Source of the DNA: an uncultured delta proteobacterium
GTDB taxonomy: Bacteria > Bdellovibrionota > FAC87 > UBA2466
DNA: 64,000 nucleotides
NCBI GenBank assembly: GCA_963778115.1
Contig: CAVZSV010000004.1
Location: forward strand, 2,272,001-2,336,000
Direction of reading: 5' to 3'
The notes below the pieces were generated by a model. It saw only the letters and a program-made list of their open reading frames with translations. It did not search any database and had not been told where the DNA came from. Below, one piece after another: positions 18,602 through 28,307 of this stretch. Within the stretch, counting starts at the first letter, position 1; each line of letters begins with the position of its first letter. The translations under genes were made by a program, and so were the position numbers.

Positions 18602-19639
18602 ATGCCCAATCTTCAATCACTGACGTTAGTGCCTCCCTTTAAACTCTTCTTGCCCTTAGGCATAGCTTTGGGGGTTGCCCTGGGGTTACTTGTCATTCGC
18701 AAGATTCTCCTGGGCAGTTTGAAGCGGTGGACACGCAGCCCATACGCTAATTTCGACGATCTCTTTATTGCCGTATTAAGGGGCCCCTCGTTCTATTGGT
18801 GTTTTGCCATCGGCATCTATGTGGGCATTGAGCTATCAGAACTCTCTCCAAAATATGCTCACCCCCTGCACCAGGCAATTTCCGCCATTGTCATTTTATC
18901 GATGGCTGTTGCGATCTCCAACCTCGCGGTTTTGGTTTTTCAAAGAATGGTAGCGGCTTCGACCGATCAACCGCAGTCCAGCGGTCTAATGGTAGGGCTA
19001 TTAAAAGGCTCTATTATCACGATTGGAATTTTGGTCATCTTGTCGGTGCTAGGAATCTCAATAGCCCCTCTGCTTACCGCTTTGGGCGTTGGTGGTTTGG
19101 CGGTTGCGTTGGCCCTTAAAGATACTCTAGAGAATCTCTTTGCGGGAATTTATCTCATCACAGATCGAACGATCAGAGTGGGCGATTACATCAAATTAGA
19201 GACGGGACAGGAAGGAAGGGTCGAGGATATTGGATGGAGGACGACAAGAATTCGATTAAGCGAATTGAGTACGGTCATCACTCCGAATAGCAAGCTTTCC
19301 CAGAGTTTAGTGACCAATTTCTGCCTGCCCGACAAAAGGGTGGTGGCCAATCTCGTTTTTAGCTTAGAAAACTCCACAGATCCTCAGAAAGTAGAGGAGA
19401 TCTTATTGAGTACAGTCCACAAGAGCACTGAGGACGTGATTGGAGTGCTTCCCGTTCCCGAACCCACCGTTCGATTGGGGCAAAGTTCACAACCCGGCCT
19501 CATGGATTTTACTCTGAGTTTTCACGTTAGGGATTTTAACGACGTTGGCTTTGCCAAGCATGAATTGAGGAAGCGGGTTTACGCAGAGTTTAGACGGAGC
19601 CAAATTTCGCTTCCGCCCTTACTGGGAAGGCTGGTTTAA
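18602..19639 (+). CDS. mscS: Small-conductance mechanosensitive channel
   Basis: LGVGGLAVALALKDTLENLFAG, GDYI, GRVEDIGWRTT, PNS. Confidence 0.92.
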   Translation: MPNLQSLTLVPPFKLFLPLGIALGVALGLLVIRKILLGSLKRWTRSPYANFDDLFIAVLRGPSFYWCFAIGIYVGIELSELSPKYAHPLHQAISAIVILSMAVAISNLAVLVFQRMVAASTDQPQSSGLMVGLLKGSIITIGILVILSVLGISIAPLLTALGVGGLAVALALKDTLENLFAGIYLITDRTIRVGDYIKLETGQEGRVEDIGWRTTRIRLSELSTVITPNSKLSQSLVTNFCLPDKRVVANLVFSLENSTDPQKVEEILLSTVHKSTEDVIGVLPVPEPTVRLGQSSQPGLMDFTLSFHVRDFNDVGFAKHELRKRVYAEFRRSQISLPPLLGRLV

Positions 19640-19697
19640 AAGTTTGCGCCGCAGTGGCCATCCAACCTGGGCTGAAAGGCGCTCTTCTATTTTTAAT

Positions 19698-20912
19698 TTA
19701 CCCCGTTTTAATGCGCGCAAATTTGCGTTTGCCGCTTTGAATAACGAAAGTCTCTTTGTTACTCGGGCGATAAAATTCCGTATCGATGACTTCGCTTTCG
19801 ATCTTAATGGCCCGCTGTTTTATTAGCCGTTTGCCTTCGCTGGTACTCGCCACAAATCTGATCTCGTGAAGAAGGCTGGGGAGCCAGATGTCTTTGCCAC
19901 CGACGGAGTAGCGAAATTCCGGCATTTCGTCGGGAATTTCTTTTCGGGAGAAAACTTTCTCAAAGTGCTCTTTGGCAGCTAACGCCATCTCATTAGAGTG
20001 GTATCTTTCGACGACTTCACAAGCAAACTGCGATTTGGCCTCTTTGGGATGGACCTTACCGGAAGTGATGTCCGCAACAAGGCTGTCTATTTGAGAAAGT
20101 GTTTTCGAGCTGAGGAGTTCGTAGTAACGCCGGAGCATGCTGTCGGGAAGACTCATCAACTTGCCGTACATCTGTTCTGGAGACTCATCGACACCAACGT
20201 AGTTACCCAGCGATTTACTCATTTTTTGGACTCCGTCCAAGCCCTCAAGCAAAGGGACAGTCAAACAGACTTGGGATTCCAAACCATAATTACGCATCAT
20301 TTCTCGCCCAAGCAGAAGATTGAACTTTTGGTCTCTTCCTCCCAACTCGACATCTGCTTTCAAAGCCACAGAGTCGTAGGCCTGAAGCAGTGGGTAGAGA
20401 AATTCATGCATGCTAATCGTCTGATTTTCCTTGTAGCGCTTATTGAAATCTTCACGTTCTAGCATTCTGGCTACATTGGCATGGGCCGCGAGCTTTACGA
20501 AATCATAAGCGCTAAATTTGTCGAGCCACTCGCTGTTGAACCTTACTTGCGTCTTCAAAGGGTCCAAAATCTTAAAAACCTGCTTCTTATAGGTCTCGGT
20601 ATTGGCGTTGACCTCTTCTCGGGTTAGCTGGGGACGAGTCTTGGACTTTCCAGAGGGGTCTCCCACGAGACCTGTGAAATCACCGATCAGAAAGATCACC
20701 TGGTGCCCAAAGTTTTGAAACTGTGCCATCTTTTGTAGCACTACCGTATGTCCCAGGTGCAGATCGGGAGCTGTGGGATCGAACCCCGCTTTGACGATCA
20801 AAGGTTTTCCGGAAGCGACTGATTTTTCGAGTTTGTTCTTAAGATCGACTTCCGAAAGGATCTCGTCGCTGCCGCGCTTTAATTCTTTTAATTGGAGTTC
20901 GGCGTTTTTCAT
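19698..20912 (-). CDS. tyrS: Tyrosine--tRNA ligase
   Basis: [27 protein letters not shown]-terminal S4-like domain. Confidence 0.97.
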   Translation of the reverse strand: MKNAELQLKELKRGSDEILSEVDLKNKLEKSVASGKPLIVKAGFDPTAPDLHLGHTVVLQKMAQFQNFGHQVIFLIGDFTGLVGDPSGKSKTRPQLTREEVNANTETYKKQVFKILDPLKTQVRFNSEWLDKFSAYDFVKLAAHANVARMLEREDFNKRYKENQTISMHEFLYPLLQAYDSVALKADVELGGRDQKFNLLLGREMMRNYGLESQVCLTVPLLEGLDGVQKMSKSLGNYVGVDESPEQMYGKLMSLPDSMLRRYYELLSSKTLSQIDSLVADITSGKVHPKEAKSQFACEVVERYHSNEMALAAKEHFEKVFSRKEIPDEMPEFRYSVGGKDIWLPSLLHEIRFVASTSEGKRLIKQRAIKIESEVIDTEFYRPSNKETFVIQSGKRKFARIKTG

Positions 20913-21724
20913 TCTGGCTCCCTCCCCTCACCTGCTGCAGCCGGAACACTAAACCGCAGACGTTCAATGCCTTGGGCCTTGCGATCGATACCGAGTCGAA
21001 TCACAACGCAAGATACTCCAGGGTTATCCTCCGCATTTTGAAAGTGCAAAGGTCGTTTTGTCATAAACTTTTTGACGATCTCTTCTTTGGCCAGTCCAAT
21101 GACGGAATCAAAACTTCCACTCATGCCGATATCGGTGATGTAAGCGGTTCCTCCCGGCAGGACTCTTTCATCCGCCGTCTGAACGTGGCTATGCGTCCCT
21201 GTGACTGCCGCCACTCGGCCGGCCAGATGCCAGGCCATCGCATATTTTTCGCTGGTGGCGTCCGCATGCATATCTACAAAGACGGGAAGATCGGTCGGAT
21301 TTTCGCGCAAAATCTTATCCACCGCCGCGAAAGGACAATCGACCTGATCCATGAAAACTCGGCCTAATAAATTGATGACGAAAATGGCCTTATCCCCGTT
21401 TCGGATAATGCTAAAGCCGCGACCCGGGCATGGTGCCCCGTGCGGACTGGGGTAGTTGGCGGGACGAATAAGACGGGGTTCCTGGTCGATAAACTGGTAG
21501 ATCTCTTTATTGTCCCAAGTATGGTTTCCGCCCGTCAGGCCGTGAATTCCCATCTCCATCATTTCGATAAAGGATTTCCGGTTCACCCCTCTTCCGCCGG
21601 AGAGGTTTTCTCCGTTGGCTAGGATAATGTCCGGACAATACCGAGACTTAAGGTCGGGTAAACTCGCTGCTACCGCTTTTCGGCCCACTTTGCCGAACAC
21701 ATCACCAAATATCAGAATGACCAT
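20909..21724 (-). CDS. ymdB: YmdB-like metallophosphoesterase
   Basis: [39 protein letters not shown]. Confidence 0.92.
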   Translation of the reverse strand: MVILIFGDVFGKVGRKAVAASLPDLKSRYCPDIILANGENLSGGRGVNRKSFIEMMEMGIHGLTGGNHTWDNKEIYQFIDQEPRLIRPANYPSPHGAPCPGRGFSIIRNGDKAIFVINLLGRVFMDQVDCPFAAVDKILRENPTDLPVFVDMHADATSEKYAMAWHLAGRVAAVTGTHSHVQTADERVLPGGTAYITDIGMSGSFDSVIGLAKEEIVKKFMTKRPLHFQNAEDNPGVSCVVIRLGIDRKAQGIERLRFSVPAAAGEGREPE

Positions 21725-21784
21725 AGGGGAGTGAAATTAACCTAATTCACGGATGAAAGCGAGTCTCACAACACGGGTAGACCG

Positions 21785-22381
21785 CTAGGCAGAAATCTCT
21801 AGTAATTTGGTAGGAGTCACAATAGCAGATAACGTTAGATCAGTGGGGTCCTGAGGAAGTAGGTTGGTAGATACCTGTTCGTCAAAACACACCCCCCAGA
21901 GACCGGGTTTTCTTGATTTTTTGGATAACTTACCGGTTAGACTCCCAATGAACCGATCATAAAAGCCTTTTCCTGATCCCAGTCGATGTCCCGCGAGGTC
22001 AAAACAAATACCCGGGACTAAAAGAAGTATCCGAGACGCCGAGAAATTTGCCTTTTTGAGCGGTAGCGCCGGGGGCTCTAAGATCCTTGAGTACCCCGGC
22101 TGCAATTCACTTAAATCGGATATCCCATAAAACTCAAGGCCCTCTTGAGTCACTTTGGGAAAGAAACAGCGATCAGGGGCTAACTCCCAAAGACCGGTGA
22201 TATCGGGTTCTGATCCCAGAGGGGAAAATAGGGTCACTATTTCGGCGTTTAGAAACTCGCTTTCCCGGGCAATTCTCGTCCGTAGCCGTTTGGAAAGCTC
22301 GCTCCGCACGGCAAGATCTTTGGGATATTGATTTTTCCAGTGAGCTCGAAGTTCCGCTTTTTGTGCCGCAATCTGAGACAA
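21785..22381 (-). CDS. 5-formyltetrahydrofolate cyclo-ligase
   Basis: KAELR N-terminus, LVPGICFD, RLGSGKGFYDR. Confidence 0.92.
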   Translation of the reverse strand: MSQIAAQKAELRAHWKNQYPKDLAVRSELSKRLRTRIARESEFLNAEIVTLFSPLGSEPDITGLWELAPDRCFFPKVTQEGLEFYGISDLSELQPGYSRILEPPALPLKKANFSASRILLLVPGICFDLAGHRLGSGKGFYDRFIGSLTGKLSKKSRKPGLWGVCFDEQVSTNLLPQDPTDLTLSAIVTPTKLLEISA

Positions 22382-22388
22382 AGGGTTC

Positions 22389-22682
22389 TCAATTCAGATC
22401 GGCTTGCATTTTTTCAAGTAGCCGATGGGCTTTGGTTAAAAGCGATGATCGGTAATCGATAGCCTTTTTCCGCCCTTTGATAGACTGACTCGCGAGATCA
22501 AAAGCCGCTAGCATGGTGGCTTTTTGAAGGGAAAGTGTGGGACTCTTTTTGCGGATCACTTCGACCTTTCGACGGACCAGTTCCGCAACTTCTCGCAGGT
22601 GTTCTTTGGTCTCTTCACCTTTAAGAACGTACTTCTGGCCTCCAATGACAATTTCAATGTTGTTGAATTCAGAGAGTGGCAT
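22389..22682 (-). CDS. zapA: Cell division protein ZapA
   Basis: EIVIGGQKY...HLREVAELV...MLAAFDLA pattern; size and position upstream of the cyclo-ligase. Confidence 0.8.
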   Translation of the reverse strand: MPLSEFNNIEIVIGGQKYVLKGEETKEHLREVAELVRRKVEVIRKKSPTLSLQKATMLAAFDLASQSIKGRKKAIDYRSSLLTKAHRLLEKMQADLN

Positions 22683-22763
22683 TGCATTTCCTTTGGTCCC
22701 TTGGCGTTTCTTTTGTGGATTAAGAAGTGACTATAATAGTGTAGAAACGGGGAGACACCATTG

Positions 22764-23750
22764 TCAAATCAGAACCGCCTCTTCGTCGATGGCGCCGAAT
22801 ACGGAGTTGCCTTGGAGCACGACATCCAGCACCACCCGATCGCCGGGTTTGAGCCAGGGCGTTGACGCCTTTCCCGTATCCAAAATTTCTTGAAAACGCT
22901 TTTCGGTGAGACACGCAAATCCCACTTCCTTGTTCTCGTTGGAAACCGTTCCACTGCCCACGATACTGCCCGCCGAAAGGGGGCGAGTCCTAGCGGCGTG
23001 AGCCACAAGTTGTTCGAAGGAAAATTGCATCTCTTTGCCATTCGGGTGTCCAAAGGGGCTTCCATTAAATTCAACCTCCAGGTCAAGGTGGACGCGTCCT
23101 TGGCTCCAATGGGATCCCAGTTCGTCGGGTGTCACGACAAAAGGAGCGAAGGAGGAGTTCGGTTTCGATTGGAGGAATCCAAACTTGAATTCAATCTCCT
23201 TTTTGAGAACTTCTCGGTAAGTGATGTCGTTAAATAACGTGATCAGAGCAATGTATTTGCCGGCGTTAGTGGAATCGATCCCTTTTGGGGTGTCGGTCGT
23301 CATTACGGCAAACTCGCCCTCGAAGTCCGCGCCAAAACTGGCATCCATTAAATCGATGGGAGCTTTCGACGACAACAGACAATCGCTCACTCCTTGGTAC
23401 ATCAGCGGGATCACTTTCGCTGAAGGAGGCATGTCATCTCCTCGCGACTTTCGGGCTCTATAGACGTGGGACAAAAAAGCACTACCATCGTAAAAGCCGG
23501 GCGCATTTGGTAGCGGGGCCAAACAATCGGCGGGATCTAGAGGGAAGGTTCCGCTAAGTTTTCCGGCGTCGACGCTCTCATAGAGCTCGCGAAGCTTGGG
23601 CTCGACTTCAGTCCACATTTGCAATGCTTCGATAAGCGTAGAGGGTAAGCCTGAAGGCATTTTGGCGGCCCTTAAGTTGTCGCGCGTAACCAGAATGAGT
23701 TCGCCGTTTCTTTTCTTGGGATCAGAACTTTTTAAGGTGGCTAATTTCAT
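22764..23750 (-). CDS. Fumarylacetoacetate hydrolase family protein
   Basis: MKLATLK, DGSAF, PLMYQG, DFEGE, FGFLQSKP, GSIVGSGTVSN. Confidence 0.9.
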   Translation of the reverse strand: MKLATLKSSDPKKRNGELILVTRDNLRAAKMPSGLPSTLIEALQMWTEVEPKLRELYESVDAGKLSGTFPLDPADCLAPLPNAPGFYDGSAFLSHVYRARKSRGDDMPPSAKVIPLMYQGVSDCLLSSKAPIDLMDASFGADFEGEFAVMTTDTPKGIDSTNAGKYIALITLFNDITYREVLKKEIEFKFGFLQSKPNSSFAPFVVTPDELGSHWSQGRVHLDLEVEFNGSPFGHPNGKEMQFSFEQLVAHAARTRPLSAGSIVGSGTVSNENKEVGFACLTEKRFQEILDTGKASTPWLKPGDRVVLDVVLQGNSVFGAIDEEAVLI

Positions 23751-23763
23751 AGGGCTCCCTATT

Positions 23764-24759
23764 CTAAAATTCTTTGGCTAAAAATTCGCTTGTTAAAAAT
23801 TCGTCGGGCTCTTTCAGACTGCAACTTCCGAAACAGGCACCGTGCTTGCGTCGGGCCGCTTCCAAAGCCTCGATCTCAAGTTCATATTCTTTCCATTTAA
23901 GGGTTGCTTCCCCGAATGAAAAATCGGACGGTTTGGAAGAGTCTAAACAACTCTCGACCTGCCTTTTGCCAAATTTTTCTTCTCCAAGCGCCTGAGCAAA
24001 GGCCAGAGAGACGAAGAGATTTACAAAGCCGAAACCGGATTTTCCCGAAATGGCGTGGTGAAGCCCCTGCGTTGCTTTGAATCTCAAGCCGCGCGAAGTG
24101 CAGGCGAGAACCGCCGCGGCAAGGGAGGGAGTGCTAGGAGTCTGCTTTCCTCCCGTACGGAATTTGAGTCCAGGAACTGGGCTTTCTTCGTGAGATGTCG
24201 ACCAATCCAAAAGAGCATCGGCTATATGATGAAGAGACTTCTCGCCGTTCTGGTTTTCAAGAGGGACTTCAAAAAATGGCGTTATGGCATGAGGTGTCAT
24301 GGAGAATCGGGCGAGTGCAGCGTCCATAAAATGAAGGATCTCTTCTTTAGAGGAGGCCACGCGGCCTTTTTCCGGAAGCTTTGTTTCGTAAGCGATCGTC
24401 CAATGGCGGAAGGCACTTTCAAATCCGCGCCGGTTAAATCTCCCTATTTCTTTGAGGTCCCAAGCCAGAATTCGAGCAAATTCCGACCGGTCGGTGTCGT
24501 CGGGGACTGGGGTTCCTAGGGCGGTGAATAGCCAAGGCGTGCCATCCGATCCGTGATCCGATAAGGTTTTCGCGGAGATGCCGCGGAGCAGCTCCATCGG
24601 TAATGCCATCTTGGAATAGAGCCAAGGATGACGCAGCTCGCTTCTAAAGGTGGCCGCTTCATTAAGAGCGTCGTCGAAAGATAAGGCCGCTGGCGGAAAA
24701 GTGCCCGCGTAATCGATGCAGTTTCCCAGAAGCGCCTGTTTCGTGCCGTAGAGCCTCAT
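23764..24759 (-). CDS. Conserved hypothetical protein coupled to the FAH gene
   Basis: IDYAGTFPPA, KFRTGG, FKATQGLHH, GFVN, FGSCS..EP motifs of an uncharacterised family I recall beside FAH genes. Confidence 0.7.
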   Translation of the reverse strand: MRLYGTKQALLGNCIDYAGTFPPAALSFDDALNEAATFRSELRHPWLYSKMALPMELLRGISAKTLSDHGSDGTPWLFTALGTPVPDDTDRSEFARILAWDLKEIGRFNRRGFESAFRHWTIAYETKLPEKGRVASSKEEILHFMDAALARFSMTPHAITPFFEVPLENQNGEKSLHHIADALLDWSTSHEESPVPGLKFRTGGKQTPSTPSLAAAVLACTSRGLRFKATQGLHHAISGKSGFGFVNLFVSLAFAQALGEEKFGKRQVESCLDSSKPSDFSFGEATLKWKEYELEIEALEAARRKHGACFGSCSLKEPDEFLTSEFLAKEF

Positions 24760-24932
24760 GATTCTGGGACGTTATAGCAGGCCATGACTGAACTCAAGCC
24801 CTGCCCGAATTGTGTCGATAGAAACATAGTCAACGGTGAGCGGGTTTATTAGGCCCATGATTAAAACTTCTTGGCAAAACCGCCCGACACACATCAAAAA
24901 TTGAGCCGCGTTATCTTAGAGGAGAAGTAACA

Positions 24933-25151
24933 ATGAGGACTCCCTTCAGTCGCATTGACCCTCATGAGTACGAACGAGAAGTAGAAAACCAAAGAGCCGT
25001 ACTGATGGAAAAGTACGAGCGTTGTAACTTCTGCAATTCGAAGATCATCTTTACTCATGATCTGAATGTAAATTACTTGCAGGTCATTGAGACGGGAAGA
25101 TGTCCCGGCTGCGGGGTCAGTTTGACGCCGAAAAAGTATACGCTGCAATAG
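24933..25151 (+). CDS. Small putative zinc-ribbon protein
   Basis: 72 aa, CNFC and CPGC pairs; GAGGAG RBS. Confidence 0.7.
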   Translation: MRTPFSRIDPHEYEREVENQRAVLMEKYERCNFCNSKIIFTHDLNVNYLQVIETGRCPGCGVSLTPKKYTLQ

Positions 25152-25179
25152 CAATTCGCCACTCATCCTTCTGCAATGG

Positions 25180-25255
25180 GATTGTTTCGTCGATTCGCTT
25201 CCCGCTATGCCTACGGCTACGGGGGACAAGTCGCTCCTGCTCTTCGCAATGACAG
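25180..25255. repeat. REP-like palindromic element (reverse orientation)
   Basis: GATTGTTTCGTCG...GCTCTTCGCAATGACAG; reverse complement resembles TGTCATTG..GAGC and CGACG..CAATC at 53045 and 3652. Confidence 0.55.
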
Positions 25256-25278
25256 GCTGATAATGAATTTTATTTGGG

Positions 25279-26343
25279 TTAGCTACCGAACACTGATCTA
25301 ACTTCTAAAATCCCCAGCACCAAAAACATCAGCTGTACGGTTACCAGGACAGGCCGTGCCGAAATCAGAGCGATTCCCTCTAGGGCTTCACCTGCGATAA
25401 GCACACGAGAAGCGATAGATCCGTAGGGTGAAAATGATAAGGTGATCAAAAAGAGGTACAGCGGTATCGCTCGATGAAGGATTACCGAATTGCTAGCTGC
25501 CGCCGTAATCGCTCCTCCGATAAACAAGATTGCGGTAATCGTTTGTCCCGCAAAAGAGTCCGATAAGGTCCAACCCAATTTTTGTCCGTGGCTGACACTC
25601 GCCGTCAGATTTAACATCGCCGAACCTGAAATGATTTGATCCAAATGCGCATACATCTGGCGGCTGATCACAAAGCCCACTACGGAAGGGATCAGAACAA
25701 AGGCAGCTTTCTTAACGACCTGTTGCCATTGAAAATGGCGCTGGAAGTACCAAAACATGAAAAGTAGAAGTGGTATCAATCCGACGCCTATAGGATCCAC
25801 CCCGGCTAATAGTCCCACCGCAATCCCTACGAAGTACCATTTATCATCGAGGGCCGCGCGAATAGCCAAAGTAACCAAGTAACACGTTAGCGATAGGGTC
25901 GAGCCCAGACTCATTTCGTAGCTAGTCGGCCACAATACGACCAAGATAGGGGTGATGGTCGCCACATCGGCCGTAATCATTCGGTTAAGCAGCTCATTGA
26001 GCTCTCGCAAGAAGAGCAAAAAGAAAAGATTGGAAAATAGAATTAGACAAATCACCGGCGACATTCCGGTCGCATGGCTTAGCAAGTGGCCCAGCCAGAG
26101 AAAAGGGTTGTGGGTCGCCGAAAAGATACCGCCGTAAGATACTGAGGATAAACGCGCTAAAGCTTCTATCTCAGGCCCTTCGGAAACACGTTTCAAAAAA
26201 TCCTCTCGAAGGGTTGAGAAAGAAGCGAAGTTAGGCAAGATCCCCGACGACTTACTGCTGGGTAGAGCGCTGTTAATGGTAAGAAGTGCGACGATAAAGA
26301 GTAATAGGCGATGGAAGCCGAACGCGAGGAAAACTCTCCACAT
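25279..26343 (-). CDS. Multi-pass membrane protein, weakly PIG-V/mannosyltransferase-like
   Basis: About 10 TM segments; SNLFFLL and LWPTS segments resemble PIG-V-like GT-C proteins. Confidence 0.5.
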   Translation of the reverse strand: MWRVFLAFGFHRLLLFIVALLTINSALPSSKSSGILPNFASFSTLREDFLKRVSEGPEIEALARLSSVSYGGIFSATHNPFLWLGHLLSHATGMSPVICLILFSNLFFLLFLRELNELLNRMITADVATITPILVVLWPTSYEMSLGSTLSLTCYLVTLAIRAALDDKWYFVGIAVGLLAGVDPIGVGLIPLLLFMFWYFQRHFQWQQVVKKAAFVLIPSVVGFVISRQMYAHLDQIISGSAMLNLTASVSHGQKLGWTLSDSFAGQTITAILFIGGAITAAASNSVILHRAIPLYLFLITLSFSPYGSIASRVLIAGEALEGIALISARPVLVTVQLMFLVLGILEVRSVFGS

Positions 26344-26357
26344 ACCGGAGAATCATA

Positions 26358-27074
26358 TCATAGTTCGGCGAGATGAGCTTTTACCAGGGTGAGAGATACC
26401 AGCGTTGCTGTCTCTGCTCGCAGCCGGTTTGCCCCAAGACCCAAGGGTATTCCGCCGGAAGCGGAAAGGTTTTCGATTTCCTCGCGTCTCCAACCACCTT
26501 CGGCTCCGACGACAACCTCGCAAGGAGATCCGGGGGGAAGCGAAGAGAGCACGGAAGCAACCTGAGACCGGCGGTGGTTCTCGTCGCAAAAAATAAGGCG
26601 AGATGAATTATCACGTTGCGCCAACCAATCAGAAAGATCCCGGGCAGGAGCGATTTCGGGAAACCAGCTCGCTTGGCATTGTTTAGCGACTTCAGCGACG
26701 ACACGTGCCCATCGAGCTTCGTTCCAGGAGCTTTTTGCCGACGAGTGGGCTGTGATTAATGGCTGCAAGCGTGCCACCCCCAGTTCGGTGCACCGTCGAA
26801 TAATGAAATCCAGCGCTGGCCCCTTGGGAAGAGCAAAAACCAGGCTCACCGAAGTGGTTTTCGGTTCCTGCCTCAGCGCGGTTACTTGGAGTCCAGACCC
26901 CTTGGCACTTAGTCTAACGACCACTGCGGTCGCGATATTTCCCGCTCCGTCGGTCAGCTCGACGGTGTCATCGGCCTTAAGTCGTAGAACGTGAACCATA
27001 TGGTGAGACTCTTCGGGCGAAAGCGTTACGGCTGCCGGGGGAGTTTCAAACTGAGGATGGTAAAACCGATGCAT
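26358..27074 (-). CDS. rsmE: 16S rRNA m3U1498 methyltransferase
   Basis: MHRFY, HMVHVLRL, TELGV, AKQC, VGAEGG, LGANRLRAETA. Confidence 0.95.
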   Translation of the reverse strand: MHRFYHPQFETPPAAVTLSPEESHHMVHVLRLKADDTVELTDGAGNIATAVVVRLSAKGSGLQVTALRQEPKTTSVSLVFALPKGPALDFIIRRCTELGVARLQPLITAHSSAKSSWNEARWARVVAEVAKQCQASWFPEIAPARDLSDWLAQRDNSSRLIFCDENHRRSQVASVLSSLPPGSPCEVVVGAEGGWRREEIENLSASGGIPLGLGANRLRAETATLVSLTLVKAHLAEL

Positions 27075-27077
27075 GGT

Positions 27078-28109
27078 TTATGGAGCCCCTTCGACGCGGT
27101 TTCGGCCGTAATCCTTGGCGAGATAAAGCGCTTGATCGGCGGCATGTACCAAAGCTTCCGCGGTCATTCCATTTTGCGGATAGCCTGCGACTCCAATGCT
27201 TACGGTGAGGTAGGCGTTCTCCGTCTGCCCTTGAAAGGCAGCAGCTTCGATAGAAGCGCGGAGCCTGCGACAGATCTCCATCCCGACGTCGATCGGCGTT
27301 TCCGGCATCATGAGCACGAACTCTTCACCGCCGTAACGGCAAAGCATGTCCGTCTTTCTCAAATTGGCGATGAAGGTCTGCGCAATCTTTCTTAAAGCTT
27401 CATCTCCGCAGATGTGCCCTTCCATGTCGTTGAACGATTTGAAATGGTCGACGTCTATCATGGCGACACTAATTGCATGTTTATAGCGTTTGGATCTTTC
27501 AAGCTCTTCCGTAAATCTAGCGAAAAAAGCACGTCGATTATGAATTTTGGTTAGCGGATCGGTCATCGCCAATTCGTTGAGCCGTTCATTGGCCGCGCGA
27601 AGTTCAGCGGTACGACTTTCCACCAGCTTCTCGAGTCGCTGGTTGAGTGCCAAGAGTTCCTGCTCCTTCTGGGTCAGATGTTGGGTTTTGACCCCAAGAT
27701 CGAGCAGTAACTTTTCATTATGAGCACGCAGCGCGTGATACTCAGTAGCCTGCCGCACGGTAAGTAGGAGCTCCGTGTTGTCCCACGGTTTAGTGACGTA
27801 ACGATAAATTTCCGCTCGATTAATAGCATCCAAAAGGTCTTTGGATTCGGTAAATGCGGTCAAAATAATCCGTGTCGTCAACGGGTGGTGAATGGCCATC
27901 TGAGCCAAGAGTTCAGTACCCGCCATTCCCGGCATCCGCTGATCGGAAATAATCACTGAAAATATCGACTGCTTAGCTTGTTCAAGGGCTTGCGCCGGGG
28001 TTTCGCAGGACGTCACTTCATAATAGCCACGAAGCGTGCGTTCCAAAGCACGCAAATTATCCGCTTCGTCATCAACGATCAAAATTCTGTGGCGTGAACT
28101 AGTTTCCAT
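27078..28109 (-). CDS. Response-regulator diguanylate cyclase (REC-coiled coil-GGDEF)
   Basis: ILIVDDE, SDQRMP, KPW receiver; TDPLT, DVDHFK, RKTD I-site, GGEEF. Confidence 0.93.
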   Translation of the reverse strand: METSSRHRILIVDDEADNLRALERTLRGYYEVTSCETPAQALEQAKQSIFSVIISDQRMPGMAGTELLAQMAIHHPLTTRIILTAFTESKDLLDAINRAEIYRYVTKPWDNTELLLTVRQATEYHALRAHNEKLLLDLGVKTQHLTQKEQELLALNQRLEKLVESRTAELRAANERLNELAMTDPLTKIHNRRAFFARFTEELERSKRYKHAISVAMIDVDHFKSFNDMEGHICGDEALRKIAQTFIANLRKTDMLCRYGGEEFVLMMPETPIDVGMEICRRLRASIEAAAFQGQTENAYLTVSIGVAGYPQNGMTAEALVHAADQALYLAKDYGRNRVEGAP

Positions 28110-28307
28110 TGATTAGATTAAATAGATTGGGTGTGTCATATCCAATGATTCCGATCATGCAATCTAATTCCCTATCCGTAAAGCACTCCCTCACCCGGTT
28201 AAGGATATGTCTATTACCCCAAAAGTAGATAGGCACCTATAAGGGAATTGGAATAGAATAGACGAGTCCCGTAGCCTAGCCTTCGCCCACGTATTATAGG
28301 GAGTCAA

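Noticed and set aside
28157..28174. Sigma54-like GG-N10-GC upstream of the diguanylate cyclase (minus strand AGGGAATTAGATTGCA)
   Set aside because: The -12 half fits but the -24 half is far from TGGCAC; too weak to call
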